A DNA stretch of 64,000 nt from Octopus sinensis (lineage: Eukaryota). Position 1 is the first letter of the stretch; each line of letters begins with the position of its first letter. The notes beneath the pieces are model-generated. The model was given only the letters and a program-made list of their open reading frames with translations, did no database searches and had not been told where the DNA came from. Below, in pieces: positions 13,335 through 24,856 of this stretch. The position numbers were made by a program, and so were the translations under genes. The stretch is taken from positions 118,668,001 through 118,732,000 of the forward strand of contig NC_042998.1 in the NCBI RefSeq assembly GCF_006345805.1, in the 5' to 3' direction.

Positions 13335-13431
13335 TATATATCCTCCCTGATGAGGTTGCTGCATTGTTCCACATTATTCGTCCTCTAGAATTTATTTTAG
13401 TGCATCTAACAAAACATATGTCGGTGATATA
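13335..13431 (+). ncRNA. Decayed hammerhead motif, family B (G12 changed to A)
   Basis: tatatcctcc CTGATGA (13347-13353), long stem II, AAAA CATATG TC ggtgatata. Confidence 0.6.
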
Positions 13432-13729
13432 GCGATATTTAAATAACATTTTTCCATTTTTCATTGTTCTTATATATATATTCATGTATATATGTATTTG
13501 TGTCTCGTGTTTGTTCCCCCAACCACCATCGCTTAACAACTGAAGTCAGCGTATGATCGAAATCAGCGTATGATGTCAACAGAATTATATAAGCTGACAA
13601 GGTGAGTTCAACCCTAAGCGCGGCGTGAACTAGTAGTGCTGTTTAGTGCTCTTGTTGACTTTAGTGACATGTATATTTCTGTATTTAATGTGTCAAATTG
13701 CGAATTAGCGACCTATATTATTTATATAT

Positions 13730-13903
13730 AGATGCAGGAGGGGCTGTGTGGTAAGTAGCTTGCCTACCAGCCACATGGTTCCGAATTCAGTCCTACTGTG
13801 TGGTAACTTGTGCAAGTGTCTTCTACTATAGCCTCGGGCCGACGAAAGCTTTGTGAGTGAATTTAGTAGGCAGAAACTGAAAGAACTCTGTCGTATATAT
13901 ATA

Positions 13904-13954
<51 letters not shown>

Positions 13955-14166
13955 TACGTATGTATGTGTGTGTATATATTTGTGTGTCTGTGTTTGTCCT
14001 CCCAACATCGCGTGACAACGACGCTGGTATGTTTAGGTCCCCGTAACTTAGCGGTTCGGCAAAAAAGTACTAGGCTTACAGAGACTAAGTCTTGGGGTCT
14101 ATTTTCTGGACTAAAGACGGTGCTCCAGCATTCCCGCAGTCGAATGACTGAAACAAGTAAAAGAAT
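13730..14166 (+). mobile_element. Full-length SINE family 2 with internal microsatellite
   Basis: tRNA-like head (gcaggaggggctgtgtggtaag...ggttccgaattcagtc), central (TA)n, tail ggtgctccagcattcccgcagtcgaatgactgaaacaagtaaaaga. Confidence 0.88.
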
Positions 14167-17153
14167 ATATATATATATACACACACACATACATACATAC
14201 TTATGCATACTTACACTCAGAAATACACAGAGACACGCCCACGCACCCACACACAAACACACAGACTGACAAACGTTCTTTCTGAAATCAGCAATAAATA
14301 AAAAGACAATACAAATACTGATATTGACACGAAGATGATAATGTTCTAAACGATTATTATATTAAGGATGAAAATTATAAGCTAAAATGAGAGTGATAAA
14401 TTTCAGAAGGTGCTAAGTATCATGATCATAAACATGATTTTAATTTTATATTGTGTTCTTTACAACTAGATCACGTTAAGACTTTCAAAAATCATATTTT
14501 AACACATTAGTGAAAGGAATGCGTTTTATGTAGTACAAGGAAGCTTAAGGTTTCCTAGTGTTATTCATAGTTTGGTCAATGTCTTTTTATCATGTGGAGT
14601 CATTAAACTTCGGCATTGAGTACCAACATACATAAGAATGTAATGGGTATTGTTGTTAGATCTATCGTTGAAGGGATCGAGAATATATATATGCTTCATA
14701 GTTCCAAATTTTGGTTACTCTGTTAGGTATATTAGGTATATTTATATGAACTTAGAGTTTACCATGTCCTTTCTTAATCTATGAATATTTGTTTTAGAAT
14801 ATTCTTTCTTTTCTCGATTTGAATTCAGTCATACTGGCTGATGACCAAAGTTTTAAAATCATTCTATTTCATCCATAACTATACTTCCATCCTATCCGTT
14901 TACCGTGATGTCGTTGGAGCAGTCATTATTGATATCACAACCATATTTCGACACTTCACCCGGTCTTCTGCTGCCCAGCGTGAGTCAATAACCCGCGTGA
15001 TATCCGATCTGGTATTAGCTCTGGTTTTGTTGTCATTATCATGAATGTATCATGGGCAGGTTATATTGGCTGCGCGCCGATTCCTCTCCAAGCTGTTGAC
15101 CATAATCCTATACATCTACATGACATACGCCTTGCCCCCGAACACATTGCCGCTGACCTGAGCAATTCCCCCATCCTAGCCAGTTACTCCGTGGAGAGCC
15201 TTACCCGGACTCTTTCGGATAATGGTGCCGTGTTAACACCATCCCCTCCCTTGGTTTAGCTTACCAGCTGGAGTGGATGTCGGGATGTGTTACTAGAAGC
15301 CATGAAGTGTGAGAAAGTAGTTGAAGGAAAACCAGCGATGCCTGTCCATCTGACCATCCCTGACAAGTTGCAAATGCTAGATACCAAAGGTACTGCCTCT
15401 GTTCTGAGTCCCCTACACCTCATCTATAATTATGTTACGAAGTAATTGTAAGTGATACGTCATTATTAGTTTTTTTTTTCAGAAATATAATACTTGTTGG
15501 TGCATATTAAGTTAGGCTGTTACGAAATTTCGGGTTGTTTTGCTCAATATATACCTTATTAATAAGAGGAAAACCTTCAAATTTAAGCAGATCATGATAC
15601 GGCATATTTTTCGTTTTTTCATTTTCTATATTCAATCACTGGACTGCGGTCATGTTCAAGAAAGTTCTTCATAACGTTTACTTGACTGAAATTAATTCTG
15701 TAACAATTTCACCTTAACATCAAATTTATTGGGGTCCATCTCAAAGTTTTATCTTTCAGCATAAAGAGGATTACTTTCACTGAATGATTTACACCAGGAT
15801 TAGGATATACACACACTCAACATACACTCATACACTCATATGCTATATCTGCCAAATTACCCTCACAATGTAATACATCCTGAAGTTATAGTAACTATCG
15901 GGCGGGCGAGTTTTAAGCTAGCTCCTGTGGAGGACACTTCACCGGGCTTTGAGCCCAATAATGACACTTCATGCATTGAGTATATATTAAATTTCATTAA
16001 ACTTGACCGGCATTTTTCAAGCAATGAATAATGTTCATAAAAACAATGATATATCGACTTGGATCTTATTGCAAATCTTCGTGATAAACAACACTCTTTG
16101 TCTTCCCATTCGGGGTTCAGTACATTTTTTTTCAGTCTAACCTCTTTCTTTCTCTCTATATTTCTGTTGTTTTAAACCATCACCATCACCAGTACCACCA
16201 CCATCGCCACCACAACTGCCATACACACACACCATTCATGACTTCTGACGCCATCAACATTAACACCATTGACTTCGCCACCTTCCCCTCCACCACCATC
16301 ACCACTGTCTTTCACATCCCTTACCATCACCATCACCGCCTCAACTACCACCACCACCTCATCATCACGTCGCCTCCGCCTCTGTCACAACAACAGCTCA
16401 TACTATTACTATTACCCCATTACTATCACAACTGTCAATCTACTACCACCATCACTGTATCTATGCCTACTATTACTCTCACCCCAGCAAGAGGAATTGA
16501 AGTGTCACTGAACAGTGAGAGAGGAGGGCAAAGTGTGACACACAGAAATTCGTTTTGACATTTATCATTATAGATGATACCTGACCACAGTGCATTGATA
16601 CCAAAATCCTGACTATGATTCCGAAACGGAATTCTTCGCCAAACACCTAAGCCTACATGAATTGGCAGCATATTTAACGAAAAATCTCTACATTTCATAT
16701 TAAATACTTCAAATGAAAGACATTCAAAGTCAATATTTTCATAACAGCTAACATAAATGCTTTATTATTACTTCCATTACATTGATTTTAATTATTTGTA
16801 AATTATAATTAGTCGTGTATCACTGCTCACTGTCCCTCATACCTAATTTCACCCGTAAGATCCCGGCCAAGCCAAAGTCATGTAAACGGCATTTCCCATG
16901 ATAACATGTAGTTGAATCGAGCCCGAGATAACGTAGTTGAGAAGTTTAAAAATCATAACCCCTGAACAACACAAAATTGTATGCAAGTTGGAACTGCATC
17001 CACTCGAGTTGATCAATTCGCACATTGATTTTAAAATACTCGGTGCCGACAATGATCTATAGAAACGCAATTAATTTTGTATTACAAAGTATCCACAAGA
17101 CTTACCTTCGACACACAACACACACAAACACACACACATACACACACACATAT

Positions 17154-17245
<92 letters not shown>

Positions 17246-17401
17246 TATATGTATGTGAACGTATTTTTGTGCGTGTGTGAGTGTGTGTGTGCGTGTGTGT
17301 GTGCGTGTGTGTGTATAAATATATTGATTATCAATCTAAAAATATTGCTGTATAAGATACACTCATCTGATAAAAACGAATATTATTACGATATATATAT
17401 A

Positions 17402-17466
<65 letters not shown>
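17402..17466. repeat. (TAG)n microsatellite
   Basis: Pure trinucleotide run. Confidence 0.97.
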
Positions 17467-17529
17467 ACAGAAAAGAGGAATTTCGATTGTCCCCACGTAG
17501 TGGGTTGTAATGTATATAAGAAATTAAAA

Positions 17530-19130
17530 AAGGAAAATACGCACACTTACATGGTTTTAATATAATTTTTAATATATCCCCCGGTTTCACTATCGCTATT
17601 CATGATATTATGCTTAATCTATTTGAATATATATTTTTTCTTAAGAAGAAATTTGGTCCATGTTGTGTGTGATGAAATTCACGAGTGAATGGCTTCACAA
17701 GTAGACAAATAAAGGGAGGTAATTGGTTGTTATTATTGTTATTGTTGTGTGTAAGGGAGATAACTGTTCAGCTTTCGGTAATAGGTGAGGATTAAATATG
17801 TGTACAGAAAAGAGACAGGTTTTAAAAAACCTTGTTTAGTAAGGGATTTATGTACAGTGATGTAATCGTGAATGGAATATGTAAAAATATAAAAGTTGGT
17901 TATGCGTGCATATTAAGACGTGTTTTGTATTTTTCAATGAAAATGTTTCTTTATTTAACCGTTCTAGTTGAGAGATTGCGTCTTTGCACTGGTAGAGAGG
18001 GAAGACTGTGAAATTTGGTTTGATGTTACCTGCACATTTTTCTATGTGTTCACTGAGAGGAATTTGTCTGTATTGCGGGAAACGGATTTGCTTCTTATGT
18101 AGAGTGATTCTCTTTCTTAAAGTCAAACTCGTTTGTCCAATGTACTGATAACCGCAACCCGAGCAGGTTATTACATAAATTAGGTTCTCAGAGGCACAGG
18201 TGAAACTAGTTTTAATTGTGAACCTCTGTCCTTGTTTGAAAAGGAAATCCGAGCCTTCAAGCAGGTTGGGGCAGGTTCCTCAGTTAGGGCGTCCACATTT
18301 TTCAACCGTTGGTTTCGTGGTTGTTTTGTAAAGCTTCGCATTTGTTAGTAGTCTCTTTAGCGATTTGTCTTGTTTTTTGCATTTGATGAGTTTGTGTGTT
18401 TTCAGGATGTCGTTCATTTTTGGATCTCTAGTTAGTAAAGAGAGAGTTTGCACAATAGTGTTGAATGCCTCACTGTTTCTGGGGTTGTGTGTTGATATAA
18501 AAAGTAATGTTTTGGTTTGAGGTGTGGTGCTATGTTTTTTGTTCTTAGTGTTTTTGTGTCTAATTGTTTGGCACATTTAATTCCCTCGTCGATAAGAGCG
18601 GGTGGATATTGTCTATAAATAAGTGTTGTTTTGAGGTCTTGAAGACGAAGGTCCCGAGTTGTTCTATCAGGCACTATTGTACAGATCCGTTTTGGTAAGT
18701 TAATAGGGATGTTTATTTTTATGTGTTTCGGGTGGCATGAGTTAAAAAGAAGATATTGTTTTGAATCAGTTGGTTTATAATAAATGTCAGTTATGATTTC
18801 ATTGTTAAGTTTTTTTTATCATGATATCTAAAAATGGAAGTTGTTCTTTGTTATATTCCATTGTGAATTGAATGTTACTATTTATGTCATTTAGTGTTGT
18901 TTTGAAATCCAAAATGTTTGTCGATGTTCTCCTTCCAGATGATAAAACAGTCATCCAGGTATCGCTTCCAATTTTCTCTTATGTAGAGGTAAAATGAGTA
19001 ACCATATTTCTGAAGTGATACTTCATATAAGGTGAATTCAAAGTAAGTCATTATTACGTTCGCAAGAACAGGAGCTGCTTTCGTCTCCAGAGCAATTCCG
19101 CATTTCTGACGATAGTATGTCATCAAATAG
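17530..19130 (-). mobile_element. Penelope-like element copy 1: RT C-terminal half, GIY-YIG endonuclease and 3' pseudo-LTR; decayed
   Basis: GIALETKAAPVLANVIM, WKRYLDDCFIIW (YLDD 18950-18961), YVITCSGCGYQYIGQT (18131-18177), TLRKRITLH; 17530-17800 is homologous to the pLTRs at 48303-48577 and 50748-51019. Confidence 0.92.
17574..17608 (-). ncRNA. Hammerhead-like motif, family F, variant core AUGAAUA; cleavage triplet mutated to GGG
   Basis: atatc ATGAATA gc-gata-gt GAAA CCG Ggg gatat. Confidence 0.55.
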
Positions 19131-19184
19131 GAAATAATTGTTCTGAAGTATAAATTTTAAGGATGCAATAATAAAGATCTGGTT

Positions 19185-19332
<148 letters not shown>

Positions 19333-19392
19333 GCACACCTATCAAGCCCGAATTCCAATCTTACGTTATTAAAGAAAATACAAACTATATGT

Positions 19393-19437
19393 ACAAAACG
19401 TTTCGGCTGATATACCCTCCAGCCTTCATCAAGTGTC
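19393..19437 (-). ncRNA. Hammerhead-like motif, family C (U at position 3)
   Basis: gacac TTGATGA a ggctg-gagggtatat-cagcc GAAA CG TT ttgt; inside a 143-bp direct repeat at 19332-19474 and 21357-21500. Confidence 0.55.
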
Positions 19438-19542
19438 TTGAGGAAATTTCGAGCCTGGGTTCTCATTCCTAAGATATGTTGAATCACCATCCCACTACAT
19501 CTACACATACAAAGGAGTTTGCCAAAGGCCCTGCAACAACAG

Positions 19543-19608
<66 letters not shown>

Positions 19609-20065
19609 CAAATATATATTAATCCATATCTATCTATATATGTGTATGTGCGTGTGTGTGCGCGCGCGTGTGTGTCACAATATATCAATTAGAGTAATTC
19701 GGTAGTACTCATAGAAAAAGCTCCTTAATATATCATTGCACAACCAGCTAGAATATATAGTAACATACAAAGACTTTCTTTCACCTGAGGACATGGCTCA
19801 AATTCTGAATTATTTTGAACGAATTTTTTTTGCATTTTGTATCAATGCAAAGATATAAGTAATTTATTCATTATCAAAATATTTCCATTATCAAAGTAGT
19901 TCATCAAAATAGTTCCCTCTCGTTTATAACTTTATATCTATGTGTGTGAGCGTGTGTGTGTGTATGTGTATGTGTGTGTGTGCCAGCATGTGGTTGGGAA
20001 CTTGTGTGTGTGTGTATGTGTGTATGTATGTATGTGTGTGTGTATGTGTGAGTGTGTGTGTGTGT

Positions 20066-20141
<76 letters not shown>

Positions 20142-21039
20142 ATTCGTGAGTAAGCGAGGCTGTGAAACATACAGAAATAGGCGAGTATGTGACAGCCATA
20201 TTATTGTATAACGTTGACCAAACCATTTTCTATTAACGTATTTTACTTATCTCTCAATCTATCTATACGCACACGTACACACACACACACACACACACAC
20301 ACAACACACACACACACAACACACACAATGTTACTGATCAAAACTAACAGCCTCTTCCCATTAAGCCACCATACAATGGTCACAAAAAATATGACTACAT
20401 TTTAAATTTGTTATAGTAAGCGTAACTTTTAAGAAGAAACGACGAATTGGTTTCTTACTCTTTTCTTGGACAAAAAGGTATATAGATTTCTTTACTCTTT
20501 TCAATCTTAATCGTTTCCAGCGATACACATAATTTTCGGGATCATAAATCTAGTTTATATTGTAAATTATATATATTTTCGTCTACAGAAAATTACCGCA
20601 TCAAAATCTTTCACGTCGATTTTTTCCTTGTTTTACCTCTTTCGTTTTTCTCTTTATTTAACAATATATTAGACAAGGCATCTCAGTTTATTTATTTCTC
20701 TCTCATTTATTTCTCATCTATTTGTAAATAATACCCTTCCTATCAATTTACCATATGACTGCACATACACACAAACACACACACGCCCGCATGCGCGCAC
20801 TCATACACATATATATATACATATACAGATATTGATACACACACGTTCATACACATATATCTAAATATATACTTATCCACACCAATTTGTGGACACATAC
20901 GCATCTAAGTAATTCTCAAAATATATTTGGGAATTAGTAAATAACTACCACATAACAATGTTTCAAAAAAACGCAGACTAGCTACCAACTAACATTGCGT
21001 CAGACATAACGTATACTAGGTGCACTGCCATTCAAAATC

Positions 21040-21400
21040 TGTTTACATTGTTGAAAGAGGGACCTGTACTACTGAGTAAACATATTTTTGTCTTGTGTCA
21101 GTTGATTTCAAGGAGAAATTTTCTTCGATATACCCCAGAGTTCGCCAGTTGAATGCCTTAATATTTCTTAAAATTCAACCTTCACTTTAATGTTTTCCTT
21201 ACTCTCCTTGTATAATCTCTACTTGTTATTGTTTCATCTCTCCGTGTTTTATTTTATCTGCTTCCACTAAACCCAAATATTTATACCACCTTTCATATTC
21301 AACTAATCTGCTTGCTTGCCCATATATCCTTTCCCTTCCCTGTTTTATTATTGAACTAGCACACCTATCAAGCCCGAATTCCAATCTTACGTCATTAAAG
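21040..21400 (-). mobile_element. R4/Dong-type RT fragment (region after the YxDD motif)
   Basis: [18 protein letters not shown]...YKYLGLVEADKIKHGEMKQ. Confidence 0.7.
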
Positions 21401-21418
21401 AAAATACAAACTGTATGT

Positions 21419-21463
21419 ACAAAACGTTTCGGCTGATATGCCCTCCAGCCTTCATCAAGTGTC
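21419..21463 (-). ncRNA. Hammerhead-like motif, family C, second copy
   Basis: gacac TTGATGA a ggctg...cagcc GAAA CGTT ttgt. Confidence 0.55.
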
Positions 21464-21539
21464 TTGAGAAAATTTCGAGCCTGGGTTCTCATTCCTAAGA
21501 AATGTTGTTATTGTTGTTATTATTATTATTATTATTATT

Positions 21540-21614
21540 CAGGTCATTGTCTGGAATCGAACTCGGAATCTTGGGATTAGTAGCCCACGCTCTTAACCAC
21601 TACACCATATGCCC
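21540..21614 (-). ncRNA. tRNA-like (Ser-type) Pol III module; not a functional tRNA
   Basis: GGGCATATGGTGTAGTGGTTAAGAGCGTGGGCTACTAATCCCAAGATTCCGAGTTCGATTCCAGACAATGACCTG: A and B boxes present, stems imperfect, followed by (TAA)n. Confidence 0.75.
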
Positions 21615-21643
21615 GTGGGAAGTTATGGAGTGAATGTTAGGGC

Positions 21644-21795
21644 TTACAAATCTAATATTTTCCTATCTTTCTTTAATACCGGTTCCCATATGCTATTCAT
21701 ATCTGCACTCGGTCTGCTGAGGAGGTTGTTGAGTCCTAGCATATGTGCTGCTTCTTTTAGTTTTCGCATTTTCCACTGATGTTCTCTGTCACGAA
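21644..21795 (-). mobile_element. C-terminus of a Penelope-type GIY-YIG endonuclease
   Basis: DREHQWKMRKLKEAAHMLGLNNLLSRPSADMNSIWEPVLKK...L*, resembling PLE endonuclease ends (RKxKEA...LNR); recognised by eye. Confidence 0.6.
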
Positions 21796-21799
21796 GAAA

Positions 21800-22020
21800 T
21801 GATCAAGCTCAGTAACACTCTATTAAGTTTATCCATTTAAGAACCAGGTCACGAATGCCTATGGGGCTCCTACAAAGTGAAAGTGTTTAGGACCTCTGTC
21901 ACAGCCTCCATCTTTTCAATATCTTCAAAACGACTGCCCCTGAGATTCTCCTTCAGGTTAGGGAACAACCAAAAGTCAACGGGTCAAGCTCTGGACTGTG
22001 GGTAGGGTGAGAAAGAGTTT
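21800..22020 (-). mobile_element. Mariner transposase C-terminal fragment
   Basis: HPTHSPELDP / DFWLFPNLKENLRGSRFEDIE, matching the HPPYSPDLAPxDFxLF motif across a frameshift. Confidence 0.85.
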
Positions 22021-22359
22021 ACATTCCTATCTCTATCAAGTAATTGGTTTCAATGATGGAATTGTGACGGGTAGGTTTTTGTAGAATATGCCAAGCATTT
22101 TGCAGTAGGGTGTGTTGAATGTTTTATTATAATTGTCTCCTTCAATATGAAAGAAAATGTGACTGGTCAGCTTATTCGATGTGCAGTGATGATATACAAA
22201 AATTACAATAATATAGGACACTCATAACTGCCTCTACTAATAAAAGAAGGCTAAACATTTCTAGAATGCTTTTCGTATATACTCATAATTTAAGTTCTCG
22301 TTTCCTATACCACCAGACCTCAGTTTCACTTTCTTCTATCCATACACAAACTCACACAT

Positions 22360-22406
<47 letters not shown>

Positions 22407-22489
22407 CACACTCACACACAAACGCACACATACAGTATTGTATATCTTGTAGTGGGTCCCTGGTATGGGATTTTTCAGGGTTTTCAGCA

Positions 22490-24600
22490 GTGACGTGTGT
22501 ATGTGTGAAAGACCAGTCAGCATGTAATAGATCGTCTATGATTGCAACCCAGTCGGCATCCCAGAGATCCATGGTATCAAATGGGTGAGCTGGAGAGAGG
22601 TCACTAGGGTTAACTATTGGCTGGTGGAATCTCAGGTAACAGAGAATCATGTCATGGTCTGAAAGAAGGGCTTTTTTCACTGAAACATTGTGTATTATGT
22701 TAGTGTAGTTACTAAGCACAAGGTCTAAAATGTTCTGATATCTTGTTGGTGCAAGGGCACGTTGGGACAAGAAAAACTCATTCATAAAGTCGAGAAGTGA
22801 CTACTGCTTCTTTGTTAGTAGTTGAGCTGGGAGTGCCTGATTTCAAACTGTTGACCAATCAACACAGGGTAGATTAAAATCTCCCATCATAATTGTGTTA
22901 TTAGAACGGCACTGTTGAATAAAGCACTTAATGCTGTTGAATCATTCATTAAAGCGCAGTATGGGTGTTTGAGGACGCCTATACAGCCCAACTATTATCA
23001 GGTCATTGGTTTTGATGTGAATAGTGACCGATTCACAGTAGCTATTGGAGAATGTCATATTCCCATCTGCCGAAAAGGAATCATACAGGAAATTGGTAGT
23101 TCCACCCTTCCTTCTGTCGACTCGATCTGCGCAGATGGTTGTGAAATTCCTCACTTTCACTTCAACAGTACAAAGAAATCAAATGCAAATTCTTTTAAAA
23201 CGGCATCCAATTTAACAGTAGCAGAATCACCATCCCACTACATCTACACATTCAAAGGAGTTTGCCAAAGGCCCTGCAGCAACAGAAGACCCTGATAAGC
23301 TCAGTGATTACCATTAAATTCAGCCGAGGGTTTTTAACATGTGGAAAGAATATTTACTTATCACCTGAGGAAATACAATTAAATATCATAAATGAGGGAA
23401 ACGGTTGCATAATCAAGTACCTGTACACCTAGAGAACTACTGTTGTGATATTCCTCACTTTCACTTTCGGGGAATTGCCAAGATGGGTCTCAGTAAGAAT
23501 GAAGAAAGGGATGTGATGTGGATGGATACCAATCCAATTCTCAATGAATTTGATGTTTCATTTTTGTGCATTGATGGAGAGACTGACACCTTGTGCATTG
23601 AGTAGAAATGTGGACGCTAGCGTAGTGGCAGGTTTTGACTGGTTTTGTGTCTTCATGAAAAGTCCGGACCAGTATTACTACAGTAGGCAGTGTCTTTACT
23701 GTGGCTTTCTGTGTTGGCGTGGAGCCCCCTTTCTGTTAGTGCGTCCAGTCCTAGGAAGAGAGTGAAGAGACAGTCACACAACAGACATGTTATGCGTTGG
23801 GAATACCAGCAGATTCTGGGATACCGTGTTATACGTGTTTTAGCATTCAATTTACTATTTGGTGGTGTTGATATTGATGTAATTGTGGGATGCGTGCTTC
23901 GGTCATGGCTGGTAGTGCTTGTCTGGATTGTGCGTCTAGTGCCAGGTAGATGGGTAAAGATGCAGTCACTTCGCGTGCTTTGGGAATAACGGCATATTTT
24001 GGGGTTTCGTGGGCGACACATTCCACGTCATTGATTTTTTTTTAGATTTTTTTTACATTGAGGTGGCGAAGTGGGAGAAGAAAGCAGTGGTTTATATTTA
24101 GTATTTGAGCTGATAGAAGACGATGATGGCAGCGGTGATGATGACGATGAAGATGACGACGATGATAATTGTGGTGGCTGCTGTGAGAGTGGTGAGTGAG
24201 AGAGAGGTGACGAGATACTATCGTTCAGTAGATCAGTTATTTTGATAGAATTTAGGAGCGTCTCTTCCTGATGTTGCTGTTTTTACTGTTCATGATTTCC
24301 TGGCTGCTGTTGTTTTTCTCGCTTTGCTTGTTGCTGCTGTTCGTAGTTTTCTGGCTGTTGTTGTTGTTGTTGTTGTTGTTGTGTTGTTGTTGTTGTATAT
24401 TTAAAGAGAAAATATATTGAAGTTTTTCAAAATGACCCACAATTAGGTTGAAGGAAACCTGGATGTGTTTTAGTATGCTGCAAATCTGCTTAACAGTTCG
24501 CGTGTTGAGTATTTGCGTTGTTTTTCCGGCAATCTCATTTAGACACGAAATGTTTATGTTTTCTGTATGGGAGAGAAAAAACCATGTGCTTATTAGGGGT
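22490..24600 (-). mobile_element. Decayed CR1/L2-type LINE, 5' half: ORF1-like region with CCCH-like motifs plus APE endonuclease
   Basis: FILTETHL (~23490), DRVDRRKGG, IIVGLYRRP, MMGDFNLP (~22880), NILDLVL, SDHDMIL; upstream PKICRYSQSTRSDCIFTH. Confidence 0.8.
23163..23441 (+). mobile_element. 279-bp insertion in the LINE endonuclease with a ~25-bp flanking duplication (repeat family E)
   Basis: gttgtga(a/t)attcctcactttcactt at 23138-23162 and 23442-23466; near-identical inverted copy at 29046-29324; partial copy at 19483-19546. Confidence 0.85.
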
Positions 24601-24696
24601 TCAATTTCATTATCAGAGCAATTTCGTTACTTGTAAGTTTGGTGTTAATCGGCATGGTTTATTTTCTTTTGGTTTAGTTTTGTTATATCTACATAC

Positions 24697-24786
<90 letters not shown>

Positions 24787-24856
24787 CCTTAAAAAAAAAA
24801 ATGTTTTAGCCCGAAGGCCGCGGCCATGCTGGGGCACCACCGCTGAATGAGCCACA

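Noticed and set aside
16865-16885. HDFGLA, resembling a kinase DFG motif
   Set aside because: No HRD, VAIK or APE motif in frame, and an in-frame stop lies upstream.
21540-21614. Functional tRNA-Ser gene
   Set aside because: The T and anticodon stems do not pair properly and it is embedded in a repeat with a (TAA)n tail; kept only as a tRNA-like module.
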